A DNA stretch of 63,950 bases, counting the filler, from Reticulomyxa filosa (lineage: Eukaryota; Protista; Foraminifera), in assembly GCA_000512085.1 (NCBI GenBank). It is 16 parts of 16 records of this genome, joined end to end, with 100 filler letters (N's around TTAATTAATTAA, not from the genome) between each part and the next. Parts side by side here need not be neighbours in the genome. Positions count along the whole stretch, not along the records: positions 11,410 to 18,239 come from ASPP01006800.1; positions 18,340 to 19,473 come from ASPP01007431.1; positions 19,574 to 41,828 come from ASPP01005505.1; 13 more parts are not named here. One strand, given 5' to 3'. Below, piece after piece: positions 13,589 through 25,611 of this stretch. The notes under the pieces were generated by a model. It saw only the letters and a program-made list of their open reading frames with translations, ran no database searches and was not told the DNA's origin. The translations under genes and the position numbers were made by a program. The number at the start of each line of letters is the position of its first letter. The first letter of the stretch is position 1.

Positions 13589-16500
13589 ATGCTGACGCAT
13601 GAAACTGAGCAGAGGCCAAAATATCTCAATCCAATTGCTTCACCAGGATATGGACAAGACTTGGATTTGCACACCTGCCCTGTGTGCCAAGTTAAACGAA
13701 CAGGAAAACAAAAAATCAATGACAAAACAAAATGATAACAAAATTGAACAGTGGAGCTTTATTGAGCGTATTCCGCGTGCATTGAGTTGCGGGCATTCTT
13801 TTTTTTTCTGTGAAAACTGTTTGAAGAAAAGAAAAACGGTGCGGTGTCCCACATGTGAATCTAACACATTGATTTCGCAGTTAGAAAAAATGATCACTCA
13901 GAAAACAAACTACAATTTTCATATACATATTTGTCTATCATACACAAAGTGCAATATTGTACATATTGAGTCTTTATGCTTTGAAGAGTTTGCATGATGA
14001 ATATTTTTTGAAAGGGACTCGACGCCGGACACGAAAACACGGCAGCTATGACAGGAACAACACAGACAACAACATCACTATCCAGTGGGAAAAACCACAC
14101 AGGCATTCCAGTAACTCCTCAAACAAAAGCTGTAGACCTTTGTACCCCTCAGCAATTGCTTTGCAAAAGCATTTTGTCCATTCAGAATTCAAAGAAAAGC
14201 AACAAAAGTGAAGCATCAGTGTTATCTTCATTGCAAGTTTTGCAAGCTCTTTTAACAAATGAAAGAAGAAGGAAAAGGAGGGGGGGGGGTGAAAGATATT
14301 AATGAAAAAGAAATACACATATTTTTTTTTTTTTGAGATTTCGGACTAGGAAACGTTTTTTTTTTTTACGAAAAAAAATTATGTGTTTTCATTTTTTTTG
14401 ATTGGGTGCTCTGACTTGGAAATGGGGTTGCTATTTGTGTGATGGAATAGAAACCGGTGGGGGACGCATTTGACGAATTGAACGCATTGACAGCAGAAAT
14501 CGTGAGTTTGAAAGCGACGTTGAATTTGAATGACAAGAGTTACAGCGTCGAGCGCGACAAAGGGATCGGACGAATGGCATTGAAGGAGAAGATAGTCAAC
14601 AGTGAAAGAAAGAAGTCGTTTACAATCAAGTCTGAAATTGAAGCATTCAAACAAGAACAGCAAAACTTGAAAGAAATGAAAGAAGAATTGCAAAAGAAAT
14701 TGCATGCCATTCGAGTTTTCGTTCTTTTCTTCTACACCGATCTATTTTTTAATTTTTTTTTTTTTTTTTGCGTAGCAAAAGAACTGTACTTTAGTTGAGC
14801 TTGTGTAGGACATTTATGTCATTAAAAAAAAAAAAAAAATTGGTTGTTCTGGACGAATTAGAATGAGAAAGATACGAGGAACAAAGAGTTGGTGGAAAAG
14901 ATGCGAATAAAGAACGATGTGTTGATGGAATCTAATCGCGAGTTGACAATGGCACGCAATACCGCCAATGAGAAAGTTTGCGAATTGAAAAAGCAGATCC
15001 AAATCGCGACAGGAGATTTGAACGACACGAATGCCAAAATTGCGCAAAAATCGGAAAATGAAAAGCGTCTTGCTTTGGATGTACAAAAGTGCAAGAATGA
15101 AATGGATACCCTGAATCATGGCTATGCTCAACTGCAGCAAACGTGTAAAGCTGTTCGACACGAAAACCAGTCTTTGTGCAGTTATTTATGTATTTAAATA
15201 TTTTCCCTCCTCCATCCCTCTCACATTATTGGCAAAAAAAAAAAAAAAAAAGGAAACTGTCGAGGAGTTACGCATAAAACTGGCAAAACAAAAAATGGCA
15301 AGCAAATTACAACCCGTGTATTATCAAACGCAAAAGATGGGAGAAATGGTGGAGAGCATTAAAAAGGAGCAAGCTGGACAAATGGATGATTTATTCAGAC
15401 ATATCACTACGTTGTTTATGTCAACGGTGAAAAAAGCTGAAGCACTCCGTTTTGTGTGTGTGTGTGTGTATATGTTCGTCTGTTGGTTTGCAGTCATTGT
15501 ATACTTTTAACTGAGTGATAAACTTGCCACAGACAACAAAGCGCAAAGAGCGATTCAAAGTTATCGCCACGAAGTGTCATTGCGTCGAAAGTACTTTAAC
15601 GTCATCCAAGAAACCAAAGGAAATATTCGCGTCTTGTGTCGCATTCGACCACTGTCGGAACGAGAAATTGCCTGCGGGGGTGCTCTGTCGATTGAGTTTT
15701 TGAACGAACGCAAGTTGCGCGTACAAAACGCAGAGGAAAATAGCGCTAGCTATCCTCTGGTCGCATTCCATAATACTTTACAAATACGCAACAAAATACG
15801 ACACAAAACCATTGAGTTTGATCAAGTATTTGAACCCAATGCAACCCAAGAGGAGGTCTTTGGAGCCGTCAAAGATTTGATTACGTCCGTGCTCGATGGA
15901 TACAATGCCACCATTGTCGTTTCGTAGAATATGTTTACTTTTATTCGACAACTTGTAATTATACCTAATGTATATATGCAATAAAGTAATTTCATTTGTT
16001 TTTACATTCCCTCTTATTTTGAAATGAAAGACTCTTGGCCAGTCTGGAAGCGGAAAGACGTACACAATGGAAGGCTCTGCATACAATCGAGGCGTAGTTT
16101 TCCGTGCTGTCGAGGAACTCTTTCGCGTGATTAAAGATCGACAGGAAAACTTTGCATATTCCGTCAAACTCTCTTTGTTCGAAATCGACAAAGAAAATGT
16201 CCGAGATTTGCTGACAAACCGCACTTTATGGAATGATATGAGCCCAAACACCAAGTCACATTGGGCATTCCAACACACAGACAAAAGTGAATCTTCGGGC
16301 TTCAATTCCTTTGCCAAACAAGACTGTTTTGATATCGAGGTATAAAAAGACTCATGTGGAGAAACATACACGTACATATACATATACCACATATATGGAC
16401 AAACATGTTAGTTTTGACTTTGAATGACAAATGCAATGCATCACAAACAAAAAACAAAATGAAAGGATGTAATGCGTGCAATTGAAACGACTGCACAAAA

Positions 16501-17307
16501 CAGAAGAAACGGCACACATACAATTTTTTCGATCGAAGTGATTGGAGTCAATCACGTTATCAACTGTCAATCGTTTGGCAAATTGCATTTGATTGATTTG
16601 GCTGGATGTAATCCTATGTTATTGAACACAAATCCTACAGAAGATTGCATGGATGAAACTTGTTCTCATGATCGGACAGTACCTGCTTTGTTTGATGTTC
16701 TGACAGCTATTTGTAGGCGAAACACAGATATTCCTTATCAAACTAGCAAACTTACATCTCTATTAAAAGATTCATTAGGTTCATCTTTATTTTTGTTTTG
16801 TTTTTTGTTTGTGTTTTCCTGTTCGTGGTGTAATCTTTATTCTTCTCATTTTGCTTGTGAACATGTGTTGCTTGGTCGAACAACCAAAAAGGAGGACAAT
16901 CAAAAACTTTGGTATTTATCAATCTCTCGCCAAATACAAAGGATATTGAAGACACAATTCTGTCATTGCAATTAGTAGAGAAACTGAAAAATACTCCCTC
17001 ACAGCAAACAACACGAAATGGATCCGTCAACGATGCACTTGGCAATGGTCGTGAGGGCAAAAAAAGTGTTTCCGAAAGCAAATTTGACAGTAATCAACCA
17101 AACCTAACAAGTGATGCTTCATCAAGAAATCCAGTTACTTGGAAACCTTCAAATAATGTCACAACTCAGCGTTCGTTTACAGCAAGGAACGATGAAAGAA
17201 GCGCGAGTGCTTATTTGCAAAGCTTTGCCTCAAAAAATCAACTAAAGAGACCCATACATAAGGTGCCTTCGCAAACTGCGTTTGTTGGTGATGAAAACTT
17301 ATCATGA
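13589..17307 (+). CDS. Kinesin-14 (C-terminal motor) with N-terminal RING finger and coiled-coil stalk; switch I and II degenerate; multi-exon
   Basis: Exon 1 MLTHETEQ...HTCPVCQ, intron 13691-13751, then RIPRALSCGHS..CENC..RCPTC (RING). Coiled-coil exons 14457-15450. Kinesin-14 neck LRRKYFNVIQETKGNIRVLCRIRP; FDQVF; DGYNATI; P-loop GQSGSGKTYTM; LIDLAG; IPYQTSKLTSLLKDSLG; VFINLSP. Confidence 0.85.
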
Positions 17308-18028
17308 TTTAGAAGTGTGAATGATTGACTCAACAACGAATTTTTTTCATTTGGTTTTTTTGTTTATTTGTTTATTTTATTTATTTAACAATTTCATTAC
17401 TAAATGTATAATTCCAAAAAATATTTTTGATAGCAGAAAATTTCGCTTATAAAAAAAAATTTAAATTTTTTAAAAATCAATTCAAAAAAAGGGAAATCTA
17501 AAAATATGACTCGTGAAATTGTAATAGTAAGTACAATTTAAAGAATTATTTGATTAATGTATTTCAGGTTTTATTGATCGTATACACATTGATATACGTG
17601 GTTTTAGTTTACGTGCTTAATGCTGCCAACTTTGGTGCAGTTATTGTTAGTAATAAACAATAAACACAAAACAAATTATCATACAATAAAAGCTTGAGAT
17701 GATGTATCAAATTGTTTATTATTATAGTGGATGTAGTTACATCAAATTAATTTGCACAACATGTTATGTATGAAGTTGCGTCGTTATAGTAGTCTTCGTG
17801 CTATCATTAGTATAATTGTCGTTTTTTGTCTATTTCTTCATTTGATTTAGATACAATTAGATAAAAAAAATAACATATGTTGTTAAATATGTGAATTTTA
17901 TGGATAACGCAATGAACATGATTACCTAATAATTATAAGTTTCAGCTTAATACTAGTTTATATTCAATTTGTTATCGTTATTAGCATGTATTCTATCAAA
18001 GCAACTACAAGTATTACAATATGTTATA

Positions 18029-18160
18029 CAGTATGTTGCAAAGAAAACTGAACGCATAAAACGATATCTTATGATGATAATTGATTTTCTCCATGAAAAA
18101 TCAACACATAGACCTAATTTTTTTTATTTTAAAAAAATATCTACAAATATTGTAGTTTTT
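18029..18160 (+). mobile_element. Dispersed repeat, putative Tc1/mariner-type terminus (copy 1)
   Basis: TA|CAGTATGTTGCAAAGAAAACTGAACGC... is near-identical to 53374-53498 and 63924-63950, while the upstream flanks differ. Confidence 0.55.
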
Positions 18161-18339
18161 ATATTTTAATTTTTTTTTATTTTTTATTTTTTTATTGGCG
18201 CTCTTTTTTTGTTGTGATATCTTCAATATTAAAATTTTANNNNNNNNNNNNNNNNNNNNNNNNNNNNNNNNNNNNNNNNNNNNTTAATTAATTAANNNNN
18301 NNNNNNNNNNNNNNNNNNNNNNNNNNNNNNNNNNNNNNN

Positions 18340-19473
18340 GGAAAAAAAGATATTCAAAATGACAAGCATCAACCAAACGAGAACGGAAAGGCAGCTTTAT
18401 TTGAAGGTATGTAATACTTTTATCATATTTTCAGTGTTGTGATGTGTTTTAACCAAAACAATGTGGATATGGAACATTTCATTGTAGGTTGATTTACCTT
18501 ATGTCTGGAATGAAAGAAATAGGAACAGGAAGAGAAAGAAGAACAAGAAAGAGTAGATTAAGGGAAGAGGAAAAGAAAAAGAAAGAAACAATAGTATTAG
18601 TGAATTATTTTTTAAAATATGACATTAGTGATAAATCGTGCAAGAAAGATGAACATACCAAGAGAAGGGAAGAGACAACGCGAATGAAAGAGAGCAGATA
18701 CAATAAATCCATTAAAAGTGTTGATATTCGTTTTAAGGAGATTATGAGTGGCTATGGATGATATTTATAAAATGAAACACAAGTGACAATGAATTATCAT
18801 GCCTCAAATTAGCACGCAATACATTCATTTATGTACTCCAACTAATCAATGCATCTAATTTGATCAAATGTATGTGATCCATCGATATCGACACACCAAA
18901 GATACATGGAAACATTTTCAAATAAAATGTTATGACTTTTTGTGTTTGATTTGATGGAAAATATTATTGCAATTTGATTGCTTTTTTCAATGTAAAAAAA
19001 ATTATCCACAGGCAGTGCAGGTGATGGAATCCGCAATGAAGAATAACAAAAAGAAAACAAGTATAAAAATGTTAATACTGCTATCTTGGAGAGAATGAAG
19101 GCATTACAAAAACTGCAAAAAGAAGTCGACGTGCAAACAATATCCAGAAAATTAATGTAGTGACTCTTTCATGATAAATTGCATCGACAACAGCGATAGT
19201 GCCAATGCGCGAAAGACATATGAAGAAGTTAGATTATGAAACAATCTCGGTCCATCCAGAATATCTACAATCAATCAAACGCAAATTGGTGAATCTCTTC
19301 CAAGTCAAGAAAATAATGACCATCATTCCCACAATGCGTACAAACTCTCAATACATGTCTCGTTCTTGCGTTCATAAAAATGAATGCCGATTTGCGTTCC
19401 CAAGGATCACTCCATTTGCAAAATACATGAACAGCCTCGCCACATCCTTCTGTGTCAAAGCAATGTTGGTCCC
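18340..19473 (+). pseudogene. Second degenerate copy of the repeated family seen at 7480-10680
   Basis: 18385-18440 is near-identical to the reverse complement of ~9938-9990. ...THQRYMETFSNK...MENIIAI*L segment at ~18890-18980 matches the 9440-9550 copy. Multiple stops. Confidence 0.6.
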
Positions 19474-20840
19474 NNNNNNNNNNNNNNNNNNNNNNNNNNN
19501 NNNNNNNNNNNNNNNNNTTAATTAATTAANNNNNNNNNNNNNNNNNNNNNNNNNNNNNNNNNNNNNNNNNNNNGTATTACATTTAGTACAGTCTCCTTCC
19601 GCAGCAACAGCTCTTACACTTCAATAAATCTTTTTGTGTGACAATAATTCTTGTGATATGTGTTTATTGTGCTTGAACTTTTGTTAAATTCGATTCAGAA
19701 CATTTAACACTTAATATCAATCAAATACGTTGATCTTACTGATATACTTGTTCTGTTTGAATTATTTTTTGTGAAAGTGTTTGTCAAAATATGTGTTTTG
19801 TTTTGTTAAAAAACCAAAGAAAAGTCTTGGAGTTTTTGTTGTTAATTTTTTAAAAATGTTGTCGACGTTGATTAAAACAAAGTACTTTTTTGGAAAAGGA
19901 ATTATCACTTTATATGCTATTCTTTCTTATACGTACTTTTTTCACAAATATCTTCTTATGCAAGAAAAATGCAAAATCTATTTGCTAGATTTTGTTTTAG
20001 ATATTGATTGCAAGATTGTCTTCGGACACTCGAAACAAAATTATGTGATATGAGTTACATCAAAGAAATTTCCACTGAAAAAAAAATTTGGGGTATACAT
20101 GAGCCAATTTTTGTGAAAAAAAAAATGCGAAAAAAGGTTTGAAAAAAATAGAAAGTTCTTCAAAAATTAGATTTTGTCTTGATCCTTTTCTACCAAGTTT
20201 TTCACAACTGAACTTTGTTTTCTGCTTTATTCTAAAAGTTTATTTGGAAACATTTTAAAAGTGTTGCGCTATTGCTTTTATGTTTCAGGCGCGTGCTTGT
20301 CTTTCTTGTTTTTTTAGAATTAAGTGAAGTTTAAGAAAGAAAATTGAATTTTTTTTATGCTTCTATTAGGCAGATTTGCCTATCTTCACTGAAAAAAAAA
20401 AGAAAAATCAATCAGTAAGCTATAAAATGTATTAAAAAGAAACTTCAAAGACAAAGCCTAAAAGAAAATTCACTTGCAAAAAAGTCTTTGTTTATTTTGT
20501 CACAAAGTTCATTGGCATTACATGTGACAAACTAAATATAAAAAGGTGAGAAACAGACTGTACTGTCTTTTCTTTCAAAGTGGCATTTGATTAAATTTTG
20601 TATGTGAAGCCAAATGCATTTTTTGTTGGTTCTTTTCTTTTTAATGCTGCAGGGAGCTTGGGTGCAGAAGTTAGTAAGTGTAATACGACAGACGCTCTTA
20701 TTGATAGTAGTGTTCAATAAAACAAAGTAAATTAGATAAAAGAAGAATAATGACAACAAAAGAAAACCAAAGAAAAAAGTGAAAGTTTTGAAGAAGTTTA
20801 TCACATGCGGACTCCTAATGTACTTTAGAGACCAATGCTT

Positions 20841-23800
20841 TCACTCCTCTTTTGCTTCATGATCTTTATTTTGTTTGGCAAAGAAAAGTTGAGAACATTT
20901 TTAAATTTTCTAGTGATTATACCTTTCAGAAATAATGAAAAATTTTCTTAACATTTTATTATAATTTGTAAAACGTTTTTAAGTCTATTTTCGCAATAGA
21001 GCACAGAAACAAACCCTTTTTCTCCATTAAAATAGTTAAATAAATACTTTAAAGCAATGCTTTGAAGTGTTAAATACGACAATAGGCAATGTTTGAATTT
21101 AATGTGTTTTTTGGTTGACGTATGCAGTTCTATTAAATTTATTTTGTTTTGATAGACATGGCAGCGATTGTACAATGAATTGATTAGGCAGTTTTGCATC
21201 TTTCATGTGTTTTTCAACAAATGGTTCAAATGGTTGTGGCAATTCATTTTGTTTATTTTGTGCAACGAAAACATTGGTAATAGACTTGATTAATGATTGA
21301 ATGTATTTGAACAACCCGATGGCCGGTGTGCACTGTTCATGCAAAGGGGTCTGGGGATCAATAAATGCTTGAGCCACTTCAGCCGCCTGAAAAAGCAAAA
21401 GACATGGCAATGTGATACTTTCTTATCACAATACAAAAAAATAAAATAAAAGAAACTTTAGCATATTGTCCACATTCATAAAAGATGAATGCATAGCGGT
21501 ACCGCGTGAGAGCAATAGACAGATTTTTTTTTATTTCTTTGTCTTTGTATAACTTAATGTGTTCAATACATAATTCCATTAATTTTAACGGCTTTATGAC
21601 ATTCCATTTCTGTTCTGGTGTCAAAGCTTTTTTTGGATTAGCTATCCATTCTGTTAGTTTTTCGCTGTAAATGTCTAAATAATCAAACAGCAACTGTCTC
21701 CTCTGATGACCAACCCGTCCACCTTTGACTTTGTACAATTGATCTAAATGACTTTTTGCCATCGGCCAACTGTCAAAGAATAGAGAACGAAATACATTTT
21801 CGAGTTGTTATTTTTGTTTTTGTCATTAAAAATCTTAACTTTTGCTGCATGGCATAGTGAGTGCCAAAATATGTGCAAAATCGCCACATTAAATCGGGAT
21901 CTTTTCCATAAACAGTACCAACAACTTCTGTGCAAATAGTTTCCCCCTATTATTTCCAAGCAAGTATATTTATGTTATTTCTTCCTCTTAAACATATGTA
22001 TACTCGTCCTCTTCTTCTCCTATTATCGAATTTCTCTTTTTTTATTATTTACACTACCTTGATCTTCAACTCCCGATCTTGAGATTGAAGTAAAACACAT
22101 CCGTAAAAGGATTTTGCATTCAAAAGTTTGATTTGCTTTTCTTTGTCGTTGCTCGTCTTAATAGCTTCTTCAATCAATTGGATTAATTTCTCGCACCACT
22201 TAATACATTCAGGTGTATTGTGATCACTTGCCGTCAAGTAAGCCAAGTGTTCGACAGAAGCTTGCACATAACGTACATACACAAAATTTTTTTGTATTAA
22301 TGTTTTATTTATTCTTTCTTTTTTTTTTTTTTGAAGAAATAGCACTTATGTACATATGTGATGTATGCGTATGTAATAAAATAATGTACCCAAAATATTG
22401 TCAGCAGGTTTATCTTTTTCATAAATTTCACTCAGTGCAAGGGCCGACAAAAACATTTGTTTGGCTTCTTTGTATTGACTGTTGGCTCGAAATACGCATC
22501 CAGTTAAAATATATAGATCCACACACTTATCCCACATCACCCCGGCGTCGAATCGGTTCGACAACGAGTGCGTTTTCGGAAATGCATGCTTCGAATGCAG
22601 AATTTGATGGACTGTTCGCAAGTAATGGAGCGCTTTGGAACAGTATTGATACGCCTTTTCTAAGGCGGAATTCCAATAATATTTTTGGGCTATTTTTTTT
22701 TTTTTTCTTCCAACTTTTTTGTATAATCTCTCTTTTTTGGCATGAAACACATGAAAACATAATACCTACCAACAAAAAAAGCGGCATAAAACAAATGGAC
22801 ACACTCATCACATACAATATTGTGTGTTCCGAACAATTCCAATGCGTCTATATAATATTGCGTTTCTACTGTGACTTCCACAAATTTTTGCAAGTGCCCC
22901 GACTCGTCTGGACTATTCGTTTCTATTGCGATTAAATACCTAAACGCTTCATCGTTCCGCGGCTTGAGATACTCTATTACATTCTTATTGCTTGAATACA
23001 ATGTTTTTAGATATTCGGCCTGTTGATTTGCAGCGCGCACAAGTGTCAGCAAAAAACATTGAGAAACAACCCCAAACAAAATTTGTCATATATAGAAAAT
23101 TCTTTTGAGAAGAAAAGGGTCGGAAATAACAGGAAATGAAAGGAAAAAAAAAATAAATAAACTGAGCCAAGTATCATTTTGTTTATATCATTCTTTAACA
23201 TTGCTTCGTTGTGAAGAATCTCATTTTCTTTTTTTACACTGCTTTGCTTTGTTTTTTGTTTTGGTTTTGGAACGTGACTTGCACCGATAATTTGACCAGG
23301 AAAAATGTTCACGGTTGGAGCAAGCTGCCTTGTGCAAACACAGTTGTCATGATTATTCATATCTTCGGAAAGGGAAAGGCAATTAGATGTGCAGTTTTTC
23401 ATTGCAGATAATGCTGTTTTGTTGGAAGGAGAGAGATGCGTGGCATCATCTTGTAACATGGTCCACAAATATTGCTTTGGACTCAATTGGGACATATTCA
23501 GTTCATTGGATAATGACAACGGGGACAATGGCGGTACAACTTTATCCGCTCGATCTATGTCTATATCCATTTCCATCGGTTTAAGCTGATTAGCATAGCA
23601 GCGTTTCTTACGATCACTGCTTTCATTATTTGGGAGTATCGCCACATTGGCAAGGGGAGCATCAACCCTAGCGTTTTCAACAACGTTTGGATTGTCGATT
23701 GAAGCCCAATTGGAAACATTGGCACTGTCAGACAAATTCTCTTTATTGCTGTCCACTTGATAGTCCTTATTCTCATGTTCATTCATTTCGATCACAAGCG

Positions 23801-24929
23801 TTGCTGTTTGACTTACCTCTTTCCGCAGAGACGGAGTGTCTGCCATTGCTTCAGCATTTTCCTGATCCGTTGGACTATTGTTGCTACAACTACCACTGCT
23901 ACTACCAGTATGATGTTCATTGATCGAATTGATATCGACCTTTTCATTCAATGAAACTGTGCTCTCGTCGTTGCTGACTTCATTCTTATCTTGTCGCAAC
24001 GTCATTATATGTTTCAATTCGGAATTACTTTTTTTTTTTTTTAAGAAAACAAAAGTTGTTGTCATCGCCATAAAATTAGTTTGTAATTATGTTGGAATAA
24101 AATTAACTGATTTTCCTAAATAATCTTTAGCCCATGTAGTTAGAATGTCCTTGGCCTTTGGAAAACCAATTTTGAATTGCTTCATCACCGCGCGAATAGA
24201 GGGCAATTGTTTATCATTTTCATTATAAATTTTGGTAAGTTCTTCAAAGTAAAAACTCCAATCTTCTGTCGCTTGCAAACGCTATGTCGTGTAATTTTGT
24301 TTTATTTTTGCTTCGTTTATTTTATTTTTGTAATACATACCTCAATTTTTTTTTGCTTGGCTCTGACAATAATTTCGACTGCTTTTTTGAAGGCGGATCA
24401 GAGCTAGTATCGCCACAACTCATGTCTGTGAACTATTCTTACAAAAAAAAAAAATCTCAATGACAATGAGCTATAAAAGAAAGAAAAAATTATTTTATTT
24501 TATTGTGACGAGTAATAACTAAACACATCGTTTTAGACTTGGCTTTGGGCTAGGGATGCAAAAGGAAGGCAGTGTGTTGTCGTCAATGAATTCCAGTTTG
24601 ATATTATTGTTATTATCATTATTACTATTATTATCATTATTATTGTTATTATTATTGTCAACACTATCACTGCTGTTGTTGATACATATGGACGGAAACA
24701 ATAACGGCATTGACCCAGGCAAATCCAACACGCTCAAGAGTGGAGATTGTGATGAATGGCAGGGACTATCAATATTTGGTAGGGACAGATTGAAACCACT
24801 GACACTCAAGTCTGTATCACTGAATTGTTTTGCTTTTTGGATATCTTCCATTTTGGGAAATGGCACCAATGGACACAACAAGCTACTGTTTGCACCAAAT
24901 AAGTTGCGATGTGAGTTTTCTGCATCCAT
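20841..24929 (-). CDS. Hypothetical multi-exon protein; low-complexity N-terminus, short HTH-like exon, alpha-helical (TPR-like) C-terminal region
   Basis: Consecutive minus-strand ORFs separated by intron-sized AT-rich gaps. Helical segments such as LTGCVFRANSQYKEAKQMFLSALALSE. Ends are approximate. Confidence 0.45.
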
Positions 24930-25611
24930 CACCGACTCAAGGGCATGCGTTTCTCAGCACTACTTGGCAAACTGTTACAGTGTTATTATTTTGCAGATTT
25001 GTTTCATGTTTATTCTGTTTGGGAAGGAGATACAAAAAGTCTTCATATGGATACAAACATCACTTTAAAACTCCACCATAAAACTTTAAATTTTTGGGAC
25101 GTTGCTGTGAAAAACTCGCCATACATACAAAATTTATTCGTATGGTAACAAAGTCTATACTGTTGTCATAGTTCCTAGTGAAATAAATTTGCGTCGATCT
25201 TTTTAAAATCAAATTGTACGCAAACAATATTTTTTATTTCAGTTTGTATGTAGCAAGCTGTAAGACCACACTTTAACAATAACAAGAACAAGGGAAAAAA
25301 AAAAAAGATATGATTGCCATTGGAGCTGCAAAGGCAATGAAATATATAGGAAAAAGGGCTTGAAGAAAATTTGTTTGGCAAATAAGCTACAGACACGAGA
25401 GACAAAACAATGTCAAAAAAATTGAAGCGAATTTGAAGAAAAAAATAATTTAGACAAGAATGCTTTATCATTTAAAAATAACTAAGCAATGTTTACTAAG
25501 AAGCTATTTCTCTTCAAATTCAGTAATTGAAAGAGAAATAGTCTAACCATCCCTCCACCATTGTAAGTAATACTAGCGTTTCCTTGAATGGAATATAATA
25601 ACTGTTAATGT

